From: an uncultured Clostridia bacterium
GTDB lineage: Bacteria > Bacillota > Clostridia > Christensenellales > CAG-917
DNA: 64,000 nt
Direction of reading: 5' to 3'
NCBI GenBank assembly: GCA_947581925.1
Contig: CANPWB010000002.1
Span: forward strand, 64,363 to 128,362
Position 1 is the stretch's first letter; every line of letters begins with the position of its first letter. A program made the position numbers and the translations under genes. Under the pieces are notes generated by a model, which was not told the origin of the DNA, made no database searches, and saw only the letters and a list, made by a program, of their open reading frames with translations. This document shows positions 47,955-58,347 of this stretch, in pieces.

Positions 47955-50387
47955 ATGTTAGCTCCGATCTCATGGTTAAAGGATTACGTAGACATAAATG
48001 TCTCCGCGGAGAAGCTCGCCAAAAAACTTGTGGCGATAGGCTTTGAAGTGGAGGACATCATATATCAGAACAGGCGCGCGACAAACGTCGTCGTGGGCAA
48101 GATAGTTCACGTGGAGAAGCACCCCAATGCAGACCGCCTTCGCGTGACGAAGATAGACATAGGCAGCGGCGAGATACAGGTGGTGACCAACGTACCCGTA
48201 GAGGGCGGCGAGACGATAGCCGTCGCGCTTGACGGGGCAAAACTCGCGGACGGGCACGAGATAAAGCGCGGGGAGCTGCGCGGCGTGTTGAGCGAAGGCA
48301 TGCTTTGCGGACTTGAGGAAGTAGGGCTTTCCGCGGACGAGGCGGAGGGGCAGAAGCAGGGCGACATCTTGCGCTTTGATGAGGGCGCTCCCCTGGGCTT
48401 AAACGCGCTTGACGCGCTCGGTTTTGACGACGTGATACTCGACGTCGCCGTCACCGCCAATCGTCCCGATTGCAACAGCATATATAAACTTGCAAAGGAA
48501 GTCGCGGTCGCGCTCGGCACAAATTGCCGCGAACCGCACATCAACTTCAAAGTCGCGCCCGCAGACGTTGAGAATATATACGGTTTCGGCGGTACGAAGA
48601 TAGGCGAACTTTTGAAGGGCGTACAGGTCAAAAACGCTGAGCTTTGCCCGCGCTATATGGCAGCAGGCGTCAAAAATATCCGCATACGGCCCTCGTCCAA
48701 GCTGATTAAGTCCCGTTTGCGCGCCGTGGGCATACGTCCCATAAACAACATTGTGGACATCACAAACTATGTGCTCACCGAGATAGGTCAGCCTATGCAT
48801 GCCTTCGACAGCCGCGATCTCGAGGGGGCGGAAATTATCGTACGCAACGCCGAGGATGGCGAGGTATGCGTATCCCTCGACGGAAAGCAGAACAAACTTT
48901 CAAAGGATATGCTAGTCATATGCGACGCGGTCAGACCCGTAGCGATTGCGGGCATAATGGGCGGCAAGGACAGCGGCATAAAGGACGACACGCACGAGAT
49001 AATTTTCGAGGCGGCAAAGTTCGCGCGCGACAATATCCGCCGTACGTCTAGGGCGCTAAATCTGCGCAGCGACAGCTCCGCGCGCTTTGAAAAGGGCATA
49101 GATTTTGCCTCTCAACAGCTGGGGCTGGAGCGCGCGCTCACCATGATCTACGAGAGCGGCGCAGGGGACATCCTCGAGGGCGCATACGACGTCAAAATAC
49201 CGTATGAAAAGGAGCGCGAAATACCCTTCACGCTCAAAAAGCTCAAGGATATTTTGGGCTGCAATGTGCCAAAGGCGACGCTCATTTCCATACTTGCGCG
49301 GCTTGGCATAAGCGTGAGCGAGGGCGAGGGATGCCTTATCGCGCATGTCGGCGAGGACAGAGAGGACATAGTCGGCGTCAACGACATCGCGGAGGAGTTC
49401 ATAAGGGTATATGGATACCGTCACATCAAGCCTACGCTCTTTGAGTACGCCTCCCTCACCGAGGGCGGCGAGCCCGACTCCATTCGCGTCGTCGATCTCA
49501 TCAAGGACGTGCTTTGCGCGAGCGGGCTCAGAGAAGCGGTGACATACTCTTTTACGTCTCCCGCTTTTAAGACAAAACTAAGGCTGCCCGCGGACGACGA
49601 GCGCGCGACGACGATAAAACTTGTCAATCCAATAGGCGAGGCGCTCAGCGTCATGCGTACTACGCTCACGCACAGCATGCTCGAGACGCTTGCGTACAAC
49701 GTTACGCACTTCGTTTCGCATGCGGAACTTTTTGAAGTGGCGAGGGTGTATTTGCCGAAATCCCTGCCTCTCGCCGAACTTCCCGACGAGAGGGAGAAAG
49801 TGTGCATAGGCATGTACGGCGACGGCGCGGACTATTTCAAGCTTAAGGGCGCGGTGGAAAATATGCTCGAGGCCCTCAACGTATGCGACGCGGAATATGT
49901 GCGCTCATCGGAGCCTTTCCTGCACCCGGGGCGGGGCGCGGACATCATGATAGGCGGCGAAAAGGCGGGCTATCTCGGAGAGGCGCATCCCGATGTCGCG
50001 AAAGACTACGGCGTTGACAATTTCAGGCTTTATGTCGCGGAACTGTATATTGACAAGATCGCGGGCGAGAACGCCCTAAAACATCACGGTTTTGCGCCTT
50101 TCACGCGCTTTCCCGTCGTTGAGCGCGACCTTGCGGTCGTCGTGGACGAGGAGGTATTTGCCGCGGATATGCTCAAAGCGGCGGCGAGTGCCAAGGCGGC
50201 CGATCTTGTAGGCTACAAAGTTTTCGACACATACAGGAGCGAGGCTATAGGCACGGGCAAAAAGAGCGTAGCGCTCAGATTTTATTTCGCAAATCTGACG
50301 CGTACGCTCACTGACGCGGAGATAAATGCGGCAATGGACAAAATACTCTCCGCGCTCAAGCGCAAAGTCGGCGCAAAGATAAGATGA
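47955..50387 (+). CDS. pheT: phenylalanine--tRNA ligase beta subunit
   Basis: N-terminal tRNA-binding domain VVGKIVHVEKHPNADRLRVTKIDIG, B3_4/B5 regions and a C-terminal FDX-ACB domain are present. Confidence 0.95.
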   Translation: MLAPISWLKDYVDINVSAEKLAKKLVAIGFEVEDIIYQNRRATNVVVGKIVHVEKHPNADRLRVTKIDIGSGEIQVVTNVPVEGGETIAVALDGAKLADGHEIKRGELRGVLSEGMLCGLEEVGLSADEAEGQKQGDILRFDEGAPLGLNALDALGFDDVILDVAVTANRPDCNSIYKLAKEVAVALGTNCREPHINFKVAPADVENIYGFGGTKIGELLKGVQVKNAELCPRYMAAGVKNIRIRPSSKLIKSRLRAVGIRPINNIVDITNYVLTEIGQPMHAFDSRDLEGAEIIVRNAEDGEVCVSLDGKQNKLSKDMLVICDAVRPVAIAGIMGGKDSGIKDDTHEIIFEAAKFARDNIRRTSRALNLRSDSSARFEKGIDFASQQLGLERALTMIYESGAGDILEGAYDVKIPYEKEREIPFTLKKLKDILGCNVPKATLISILARLGISVSEGEGCLIAHVGEDREDIVGVNDIAEEFIRVYGYRHIKPTLFEYASLTEGGEPDSIRVVDLIKDVLCASGLREAVTYSFTSPAFKTKLRLPADDERATTIKLVNPIGEALSVMRTTLTHSMLETLAYNVTHFVSHAELFEVARVYLPKSLPLAELPDEREKVCIGMYGDGADYFKLKGAVENMLEALNVCDAEYVRSSEPFLHPGRGADIMIGGEKAGYLGEAHPDVAKDYGVDNFRLYVAELYIDKIAGENALKHHGFAPFTRFPVVERDLAVVVDEEVFAADMLKAAASAKAADLVGYKVFDTYRSEAIGTGKKSVALRFYFANLTRTLTDAEINAAMDKILSALKRKVGAKIR

Positions 50388-50424
50388 AATTAAAACTATC
50401 GCAAATGCGTTTGGGGAGGCATGA

Positions 50425-52488
50425 ATGTTTGACCAAAAGAGTCTGAACACGCTCGAATATCCCAAGATACTCGCGGAGCTTGCGGGACAAGCGCAGTCCG
50501 AGGGCGGAAAGGCAAAGGCAAGAGATCTTGTCCCTTGCGTCACGCTCGCTGAGGCGGAGCACGCCCTCGACGAGACTTCCGAGGCGGATAGGGTGCTTTT
50601 CGAGTACTCTTTGAGCCCGTCGTTTGCGATAGAAAACATAAGCGACAGCCTTGTCAAGGCAAAAAAAGGCTCCGTACTGTCCATAGGCGAGCTGATGAAG
50701 GTGGGGCGCGCGCTCCGTGTATCGCGCAGACTCAAAAAGAGTATTTCGACCGCTAAAGACATCCCCATACTCTCCGCTATGGCGAGTTTGCTGTATGAAA
50801 ACGAGAGGCTTGAGAAGAGCATATATGACGCATTCATTTCGGAGACGGAAGTCGCGGACAATGTCACGCCGGAGCTTAAAGCTATCCGCGCGCGCATACG
50901 TAAGATAAACGACAACATTCGAACAAAGCTGCAACTCTACATCACCTCGCCCACATACAGCAAGTATCTTCAAGACAGCATAGTGACCGTGCGCGGCGAC
51001 AGGTATGTCATTCCGCTCAAAAGCGACTTCAAGGGCACTATCCCGGGGCTTGTACACGACCAATCCGCCTCCGGTTCCACGCTTTTCGTGGAGCCAATGC
51101 AGGTGGTGGAGATGAACAACGAGCTCAAAGTCGAGCTTATGAACGAACAGGCGGAGATAGAGCGTATATTGCGCAACTTTTCTGCGTATGTCGCGGCGAG
51201 CGCAGACGAGATGAGGGACAGCTACGGCGTCGTCGTGGATATGGACCTCATATTTGCAAAAGCGCAGCTCGCAAGGGAGTACAAGGCGGTGCGGCCGACC
51301 CTCAACGATTTAGGGCTTATAGATATACGCGCGGGACGACATCCGCTCATAGACGCGGACAAAGTCGTGCCCGTGTCGCTGAAACTTGCAAAGGATGAGA
51401 AAATGCTGCTCATCACGGGACCGAACACGGGCGGAAAGACGGTCACTCTCAAGCTCGCGGGACTGTTTGTGCTTATGGCTATGAGCGGACTTTATCTGCC
51501 CGCAAAGGGCGCGGACATATCCACATTCGACGGCGTGTACAGCGACATCGGCGACGAACAGAGCATAGAACAAAGTCTGTCCACATTCTCCGCGCACATC
51601 AAAAATACAATAGGAATTCTGGACGTCATCACGGACAAGTCCCTCGTGCTCTTTGACGAGCTAGGCGCGGGCACGGACCCGAGCGAAGGCGCGGCGCTTG
51701 CGGTGAGTATTGCGGAATATCTGATATCTAAAGGCACAAAATCGCTTGTAACGTCGCATTTCAATGACCTAAAAGAATTTGCGCTCGTGACAAAAGGCGT
51801 CGTTGCGGCGTCTATGGAGTTTGACGCAGAGACGTTTTCGCCCACATTCAAGCTGGTTATGGGCGCGATAGGCAGCTCTAACGCGCTTGCGATCGCGGAA
51901 AAACTCGGACTGAACAAAGAGATAATCGAAGGCGCTCGCGGCAAGATATCCGTGGAAAAGCGGCAATTCGACAACGTGCTTTCTGCGGCGGAACAGACAA
52001 GACAGCGCGCTGCCGCGCTTGTGAGTGAGGCATCCAAGGACAGAGAGGACGCAGCAAAAGCGCTGCAAGAGGCGGAAAAGCAGAAAAAGATCGTCGAAGA
52101 AAAGCGCGAAAAGCTGGACGAGAGCATACGAAAGGAGACAAAACGGCTCATAGAGGACAGCGTGGACGAAGCGGAGGATCTCATCGACCAAATCAAGGAG
52201 ATACTTTCAAAGCCGGAACCCGAGATAACCGAGGCGGATCTTTTCGAGGCGCGGGCGATAAAGCGCAAACTCGAGAATATGTCCGCGGAATATGAAGAGG
52301 AAGCTGTCATCGAGGACGCACCCGATCCGTCTCCGCTTGCGGATGGCGACGAGGTGTGGATCAAGTCGCTATCAAAGCGCGGTAGACTTGTGTCCGTAAA
52401 CTCGCGCGGCGAGGCTATGGTAGCCCTCGGCAAAATTTCCGTAAAGGTGAAAAAAGGCGATTTTTACAAGGTAAAGAGCAAAAATTGA
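50425..52488 (+). CDS. mutS2: MutS2 (RqcU-type) ATPase lacking the C-terminal Smr domain
   Basis: LEYPKIL start, Walker A ITGPNTGGKT, DELGAGTDP, a long coiled coil and a KOW-like end (GDEVWIKSLSKRGRLVSVN..). The protein stops at 687 aa with no LDLRG/Smr segment. Confidence 0.85.
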   Translation: MFDQKSLNTLEYPKILAELAGQAQSEGGKAKARDLVPCVTLAEAEHALDETSEADRVLFEYSLSPSFAIENISDSLVKAKKGSVLSIGELMKVGRALRVSRRLKKSISTAKDIPILSAMASLLYENERLEKSIYDAFISETEVADNVTPELKAIRARIRKINDNIRTKLQLYITSPTYSKYLQDSIVTVRGDRYVIPLKSDFKGTIPGLVHDQSASGSTLFVEPMQVVEMNNELKVELMNEQAEIERILRNFSAYVAASADEMRDSYGVVVDMDLIFAKAQLAREYKAVRPTLNDLGLIDIRAGRHPLIDADKVVPVSLKLAKDEKMLLITGPNTGGKTVTLKLAGLFVLMAMSGLYLPAKGADISTFDGVYSDIGDEQSIEQSLSTFSAHIKNTIGILDVITDKSLVLFDELGAGTDPSEGAALAVSIAEYLISKGTKSLVTSHFNDLKEFALVTKGVVAASMEFDAETFSPTFKLVMGAIGSSNALAIAEKLGLNKEIIEGARGKISVEKRQFDNVLSAAEQTRQRAAALVSEASKDREDAAKALQEAEKQKKIVEEKREKLDESIRKETKRLIEDSVDEAEDLIDQIKEILSKPEPEITEADLFEARAIKRKLENMSAEYEEEAVIEDAPDPSPLADGDEVWIKSLSKRGRLVSVNSRGEAMVALGKISVKVKKGDFYKVKSKN

Positions 52489-52504
52489 CTCAAATCGCGG
52501 CATT

Positions 52505-53023
52505 TTGAGAGTAATGGAAGATATGACGGGACAATATACGCAAACGGTTGAGGTCGTAGTGGACGGCAAGGCGAAAGCGACGCAGTGGATAGGCATCGCG
52601 GCTATACTGTTATCGCTTGGATTTATCATACTTGCGGCGTTTGTCAATTGGTATCTGATGTTCGGTTTCGCCGCGTTTTTGCTCATAGGCATAATTCAGA
52701 TACATCGCTACAACCTTGTCGCGAGGGAATACATCTACAGTTTTTCCGATACGCGGCTCGTCGTCGCGAAAAAGGACGTGGTAAATCGTACGCGGAGGGT
52801 GCTCGCGGTGCTTTTCAGGGATGTGATAAGCTTTGCGCCGCTGGAGGGACTGAGCGAGGACGGCGACATTGTCTGCTGCAAAAATGTCAGCGATATGGGT
52901 GTGTACGAGCTGGATTTCAAGGCGGGAGAGAAAGTTTGCAGACTGCTCTTCTCTCCCGACGATTATATGACGGAGCTCATAAAGCATAGGCTCGCAATCG
53001 TCGCGGACGAGGAAAAGGAGTGA
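52505..53023 (+). CDS. hypothetical two-TM membrane protein
   Basis: Two adjacent hydrophobic helices (WIGIAAILLSLGFIILAAFV, LMFGFAAFLLIGIIQI) are followed by a ~100-aa soluble domain. The start is ambiguous (TTG 52505, ATG 52514 or ATG 52523). The stop overlaps the next gene. Confidence 0.5.
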   Translation: MRVMEDMTGQYTQTVEVVVDGKAKATQWIGIAAILLSLGFIILAAFVNWYLMFGFAAFLLIGIIQIHRYNLVAREYIYSFSDTRLVVAKKDVVNRTRRVLAVLFRDVISFAPLEGLSEDGDIVCCKNVSDMGVYELDFKAGEKVCRLLFSPDDYMTELIKHRLAIVADEEKE

Positions 53024-53025
53024 AA

Positions 53026-54183
53026 ATGGGCGAGGAGTGCAAAAAAACTATATATCTTGACAATGCGGCGACAACCCCCATGTGCGACGAGGCAGCGCAG
53101 GCTTTGAGCGCCGCGTTGGCGCCCGCATTTTTCAATCCTTCCGCGAGATATATGCCGTCGGCCGGCGTATCTGAAAAAATAAACAAGGCAAGAGCGCTCA
53201 TCAAAAGCGCGCTTGGCGGCTCGCTTGGAGAGGTATACTTCAATTCGGGCGGCACCGAGGGCAATAATACCGTATTGTTCGGAGCCAAAGGTCGCAAAGG
53301 TAGCCGCATAATAATCGGCGAAGGGGAGCATGACTCCGTGTATGCGCCCGCTATTGAGCTTAAAAACAGCGGCTATGACGTGTGTTTTGCGCCTATAAAT
53401 ACGGACGGCAGCGTAAATTTTGAAAAATTCAAGGAACTTTTGAATGAAAACGTGTCGCTTGTCAGTATAATGCACGCATCAAACGAGACGGGCGCGATAA
53501 ACGACATCGCAAAATTCGTAAGGGCGACAAAGAAAGTCGCGCCCGACGCGATATTTCATAGCGACGGAGTACAGGCGTTTTTGAAACTTCCGCTGTCCGT
53601 CGCCTCTCTCGGTGTGGACGCGTATACCGTCACGGCGCACAAGATACACGGACCGAAGGGCATAGGGGCGCTGTATGTCAAGCGCGGCGCAAAGATAAAG
53701 CCTTTGCTTTTGGGTGGAGGGCAGGAATCGGGTTTCCGCAGCGGCACCGAAAGCAGTCCGCTCATACTTTCGTTTTCCGCCGCTGTACAGAATGAATATG
53801 AAAAATTTGACGAAAACTATTCTAAATTATGCAAATATCGAGAATACTTTGTCAAAAAATTGCGAGAGCAACTACAAAATATAACAATAATAACGCCGCT
53901 TGAAAATTCTGTTCCGAACATTTTGAGCGTGGCGTTTGAAAATGTGCGAGGAGAGGTGTTGCTACACTGTCTCGAAGAGGACGGCATACTCGTCGGGACG
54001 GGCTCCGCATGCGCGTCGCACCATGAGAGCAGGTTTAAAAAGCTGTTCGGATTGGATGAAAGTCACCTCGATGGCGTGATACGTTTCAGTTTTGCGGAGG
54101 AAAACGACATAGGTGACGTTGACTTTGTTGTAGATCGCGTCGCGGCGCACGTAAAAGATCTTTCAAGAACGGTCAGACAGTGA
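53026..54183 (+). CDS. cysteine desulfurase (NifS/IscS-like, class V aminotransferase)
   Basis: ATG at 53026, 5 nt after AAAAGGAG; the ORF-track GTG at 53020 is also possible. IYLDNAATTP, PLP-lysine TVTAHKIHGPKG and the active-site loop GSACAS are present. It is paired with thiI. Confidence 0.9.
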   Translation: MGEECKKTIYLDNAATTPMCDEAAQALSAALAPAFFNPSARYMPSAGVSEKINKARALIKSALGGSLGEVYFNSGGTEGNNTVLFGAKGRKGSRIIIGEGEHDSVYAPAIELKNSGYDVCFAPINTDGSVNFEKFKELLNENVSLVSIMHASNETGAINDIAKFVRATKKVAPDAIFHSDGVQAFLKLPLSVASLGVDAYTVTAHKIHGPKGIGALYVKRGAKIKPLLLGGGQESGFRSGTESSPLILSFSAAVQNEYEKFDENYSKLCKYREYFVKKLREQLQNITIITPLENSVPNILSVAFENVRGEVLLHCLEEDGILVGTGSACASHHESRFKKLFGLDESHLDGVIRFSFAEENDIGDVDFVVDRVAAHVKDLSRTVRQ

Positions 54184-54222
54184 CAATGGTAATACACAAA
54201 ATTTCACCTAAAAAGGGGCAAT

Positions 54223-55416
54223 ATGGGCAAGAGAGTCATCATCTTAAGGTACGGGGAGATATTCCTCAAAGGCAAAAATCGAAGCTATTTTGAGAGCCTT
54301 CTCATCAAAAACATCAAATATTCGCTGGACAAACTTCTCGGTGAGGGCAAATACTCCTTCAACCGCTCGCAGGCGCGCTACAGCGTCGAGGACTATGACG
54401 AGATACGCGAGGCGGAGATAGTGGACAGGCTGACGAAGGTGTTCGGTATACATTCTCTGTCCGTCGCCGTCAAAGTGCCGAGCGACGCGGAGCACAACTT
54501 TGCGGCTATAAAGGAAGTCCTTAAGCCGCTTGCCGAGGAGCTAGAAGAGGAAAACGTCATCAAAAACGCTACTTTCCGCGTGACCGTAAAGCGCGCGGAC
54601 AAGCGTATCAGCATGCCGTCCTACGAGATAGCGGCGGAGCTTGCGGGGACGGTGCTCAAATACACCTCGTTTAAGGTAAATTTGAAAAAATTCGACTATG
54701 ATTTCGAGGTAGACATACGCGAAACGGGCGACGCTTACGTTTTCAGCAAAGTCATTCCGTGTGCGGGCGGGCTGCCCGTTGGCTGCTCATCGAAGGGCAT
54801 GCTTTTGCTCTCGGGCGGCATAGACTCTCCCGTCGCGGCGTACATGATGGCGAAGCGCGGCATGAAGCTTGTCGCGGTACACTTTGCGTCTCCGCCGTAC
54901 ACATCCGAGCTTGCCAAGCAAAAAGTCAAGCGTTTGCGCGACATAGTAGAGGCGTACACGACGCATATGAAACTGTACGTCGTCCCATTCACAAACATCC
55001 AACTCGCCATACACGAGCACTGTCCCGCGGAGTACATGATCACGATAATGCGGCGGTTCATGATGCGTATCGCGACAAAGCTCGCCGCCTCGCAGGAGTG
55101 CAAAGCGATAGTCACGGGCGAGAGTTTGGGGCAGGTGGCGTCGCAGACAGTGGAGAGCATGACGTCTACGGAGAGCTGCGCGGGGCTGCCAATATTCAGG
55201 CCGCTCATAGCCTTCGACAAAGAGGAGACTATGGACATCGCGAAGAAAATAGGCACCTACGACACATCGATAGAGCCGTATGAGGATTGCTGCACGGTGT
55301 TTTTGCCCAAAAATCCCGCTATAAAGCCTCGTCTTGAGAAAGTAGCGCAGGCGGAGCAAGCCCTCGACATAGACGCCCTCGTTGAAGAGGCTATGAAGAA
55401 CATCGAAGTGCTTTAA
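54223..55416 (+). CDS. thiI: tRNA 4-thiouridine(8) synthase ThiI
   Basis: THUMP N-terminal region and PP-loop LLSGGIDSPVAAYM are present. Confidence 0.9.
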   Translation: MGKRVIILRYGEIFLKGKNRSYFESLLIKNIKYSLDKLLGEGKYSFNRSQARYSVEDYDEIREAEIVDRLTKVFGIHSLSVAVKVPSDAEHNFAAIKEVLKPLAEELEEENVIKNATFRVTVKRADKRISMPSYEIAAELAGTVLKYTSFKVNLKKFDYDFEVDIRETGDAYVFSKVIPCAGGLPVGCSSKGMLLLSGGIDSPVAAYMMAKRGMKLVAVHFASPPYTSELAKQKVKRLRDIVEAYTTHMKLYVVPFTNIQLAIHEHCPAEYMITIMRRFMMRIATKLAASQECKAIVTGESLGQVASQTVESMTSTESCAGLPIFRPLIAFDKEETMDIAKKIGTYDTSIEPYEDCCTVFLPKNPAIKPRLEKVAQAEQALDIDALVEEAMKNIEVL

Positions 55417-55498
55417 AACTAAAAGTTACTAAAATGTGACCATTTATTGAGGCGGCTTGCAAAAGTCGACGCCTGTTTTCCAAAGCGAGGATAATTTT

Positions 55499-55942
55499 AT
55501 GTCAAAAGATATGCGGATATTGCCGCTCACATATGAACATTTCGACGCCGTAAAGCGCATGATGCGCGTCTTTTACGCGTCGCCTGCCGTGTCTACGGAC
55601 GGCTCAGAGGAGATATTTTCGGCAGATCTCGCCGAGTGCGCGGGGGACAGCCCTTATGCGGAGGGCTATGTTTTTGAAGAGAACGGCGCGCTCATAGGCT
55701 ACGCGATGCTTGCAAAGAGCTTTTCCACCGAATTCGGCAAGCCCTGCGTATGGATAGAGGACATCTATCTCATTCCCGAGCGGCGAGGGCGGGGCTACGC
55801 GGGCGAATTTTTCTCATTTATAGACGAAAAATATGAGGGCTGGCTTAAACGCCTTGAGCTCGAACCCGACAATGCAAGCGCGCTCGCCGCATACAAAAAG
55901 GCGGGATTTTCCGCATTGCCGTATCTGGAGCTGAAAAAATGA
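55499..55942 (+). CDS. GNAT-family N-acetyltransferase
   Basis: Internal ATG at 55499 after GAGGA. The acetyl-CoA motif RRGRGYAGEF is present. Confidence 0.75.
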   Translation: MSKDMRILPLTYEHFDAVKRMMRVFYASPAVSTDGSEEIFSADLAECAGDSPYAEGYVFEENGALIGYAMLAKSFSTEFGKPCVWIEDIYLIPERRGRGYAGEFFSFIDEKYEGWLKRLELEPDNASALAAYKKAGFSALPYLELKK

Positions 55943-55985
55943 TCCCGACATGCTAAAATGACGCTGTATAGTGTACGGCGCAAAG

Positions 55986-58268
55986 TCAAGCCGCAAATTT
56001 AAGTCCTATATCGACCGTACCCTGCTCGAAAAACACGCGTTTTTTGTTTGAAGAATTTATTTCGCCGTTATCTTTCAGAGTGCAGATAAGCTCATATTCC
56101 ACGCTGTTTCCAAATCCCATAGGGACGTCTCGCACGCTCACTGTTTCACCAGTACCGTCGGACGCGAATATCAACGCTCTTCCCAATATATCCGTCCTGT
56201 ACAGGCGATAGTCGCATATAGAGGAAGTGTCAAAGCTCGCCTCGACGTGTCCTTCGCGCACTTTGACGGATAGCTCGCAGGGCGGCGCGCTGTCAAACAG
56301 CCCAAATTCCGAGCTCGGCAGATTGTTCACATCGAAATAGCAAGTGCGCCTGTACTTTTTCGGCGTATTTTGGCTTGCGGCGACCACCTTTTTTTGTATC
56401 GAAGTGGAGTATTCGTCAATGTCGATCGCCACGACGTCCGCGTCAAGTGAGAGCGTAAATCTTTCGTCCGCGCACTCATAAAGTTTTTTCCATATGCCCG
56501 CCGCGTGCATGGTAGGGTAGCCTCCGCCTCTTTCGGTCATGCCGTCGTCGCTGCCGTGCCATACCGCTACGGTGAAGTTGTCATTGTAACTTGCAAGCCA
56601 CGCGTCGCTGTTTTTTAGGTCCGAGCGCTCTGCTGTACCTGTCTTAGCCGCGACGTCGAAGGGGAGCGTGCTTAAAGTACGCGCTGTGCCGTCCTTCACG
56701 GTATCAAATAACGCTCTTCCGACGAGCGTGGCCGCCGCGGGGGATATGACGCGCCCGGAGGGCGGTTCATACTCATATTTTCTGCCGTCCGATACGACGT
56801 AGCGCACGAAGCAGGGCGGGATAGCCTCTCCGCCGCGTGCCAAGGCTCCGTATGCCGCCGCCGTATCTACTGGCGACGCCGACAGGGAACCGAGCGCAAG
56901 CGAATAATTTTTGTCCTTATCCTCGACTTTAAAGCCGAATTTGCCAAGATAATCGGCGCTCTTGTCCACGCCGAGATAGTCCAAAAGTTTGACGCTTACG
57001 CTGTTCATAGACTTTTTAATCGCCTCTTCGACAGTGGTTTGTCCGTAATAGACTCCGTTGAAGTTTTCGGGGGAGAAGCCCGCATAGTCCACTTTCTCGT
57101 CCACGATGGGCGTAGCGAGCGTGACGGCGCGCATATCGAGCACGGGAGCGTATACGGCAAGCGGTTTGAGCACAGAGCCCGTCTGCCTCAAAACGTCGTA
57201 CGACTGCGAGCCGTACAGCCCGAGTACCGCGCCCGACTTGCTGTCAATGACGACGGAGCAATGCGAGATATTGTCGCTCTCGAAATTTGAGGTGTTTGAA
57301 GCCTCTTCTCTCAAGGCGTTTTGTACGTCTGCACGCAGGTTCGTATATATTTTGACGTCCGAGTTGTCAAGCGCATATCTAGTGATCCCCAGCATATCCG
57401 CCGCTTGCCGTTTTGCAAGCTCGACATACAGCGCGCACTGTGACTTTTCTTTATTTTTGACTTTTACTGTATCTAAAGTCTCGGTTTTTGCGTTTGAGCA
57501 CTCATTTTCGCTGATATAGCCCTGTTCGAGCATGAGCGACAACACGGTGTCTCTGCGCTTTTTCGACGCCTCGGGGTGTACGACGGGCGAATAGCCCGCG
57601 GGATTTTTGACTATGCCCGCAAGCGTCGCGCATTCTCCCAAAGTAAGCTCTGATATGTCCTTGCCGAAAAATGTCCTCGCCGCGCTCTTTACGCCGTAAG
57701 CGCCCTTGCCGAAGTAAATTACGGAGAGATACATGCTCAAAATGTCGTCCTTTGAGTACTTGCGCTCGAGGTCCCGCGCTAGGGCGACCTCTTTAAGCTT
57801 GCGTTTTATTGAGCGTTCGCTTGTTAAGTGGGTGTTTTTGACAAGTTGCTGAGTTATCGTCGAGGCGCCTTCCTTTATGCCGCCCGCTTGAATATTCTTC
57901 ACAAGCGCGCCGCCCATACGCACTATGTCATAGCCCTTGTGCGAGTAAAAGCGTTTGTCCTCAACGGCGATAAACGCGTGTTTTAAATTGTCTGAGAGCT
58001 CGTTTGCGTAAACGTACGCGTCTGTTTTTTCGCTTATAACGTTGCCGTCCGCGTCGTACACGGTGGGCAGGGCGGAGGCGGTGGGCAGCAGGTTCTCGTC
58101 TATATGCTGTCCGCTTGCCCAAACCGCGTATAGCCCTATACTTGCCGCGAGCGCGAGCAGGGGAAGCAGCACGAGCACTATGAGCGCAACGATCAATATC
58201 TTTTTGCGTTTAGACTTTTTTGAAGAGTTTTTTGCCTCGTTTGAGGCACCGTTTAATTTTTTCATCAA
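55986..58268 (-). CDS. class A penicillin-binding protein (transglycosylase + transpeptidase)
   Basis: N-terminal TM helix. GT51 motifs FIAVEDKRFYSHKGYD and GASTITQQL are present, with transpeptidase motifs SVLK (SxxK), SMN (SxN) and KTGTA. Confidence 0.9.
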   Translation of the reverse strand: MMKKLNGASNEAKNSSKKSKRKKILIVALIVLVLLPLLALAASIGLYAVWASGQHIDENLLPTASALPTVYDADGNVISEKTDAYVYANELSDNLKHAFIAVEDKRFYSHKGYDIVRMGGALVKNIQAGGIKEGASTITQQLVKNTHLTSERSIKRKLKEVALARDLERKYSKDDILSMYLSVIYFGKGAYGVKSAARTFFGKDISELTLGECATLAGIVKNPAGYSPVVHPEASKKRRDTVLSLMLEQGYISENECSNAKTETLDTVKVKNKEKSQCALYVELAKRQAADMLGITRYALDNSDVKIYTNLRADVQNALREEASNTSNFESDNISHCSVVIDSKSGAVLGLYGSQSYDVLRQTGSVLKPLAVYAPVLDMRAVTLATPIVDEKVDYAGFSPENFNGVYYGQTTVEEAIKKSMNSVSVKLLDYLGVDKSADYLGKFGFKVEDKDKNYSLALGSLSASPVDTAAAYGALARGGEAIPPCFVRYVVSDGRKYEYEPPSGRVISPAAATLVGRALFDTVKDGTARTLSTLPFDVAAKTGTAERSDLKNSDAWLASYNDNFTVAVWHGSDDGMTERGGGYPTMHAAGIWKKLYECADERFTLSLDADVVAIDIDEYSTSIQKKVVAASQNTPKKYRRTCYFDVNNLPSSEFGLFDSAPPCELSVKVREGHVEASFDTSSICDYRLYRTDILGRALIFASDGTGETVSVRDVPMGFGNSVEYELICTLKDNGEINSSNKKRVFFEQGTVDIGLKFAA

Positions 58269-58347
58269 AATTATTATTGTGTTATCCGAAAAAATTATGT
58301 ATAATATAAATCTATGATAATATGCGCACCTGTGCGCACGAGGGGTT

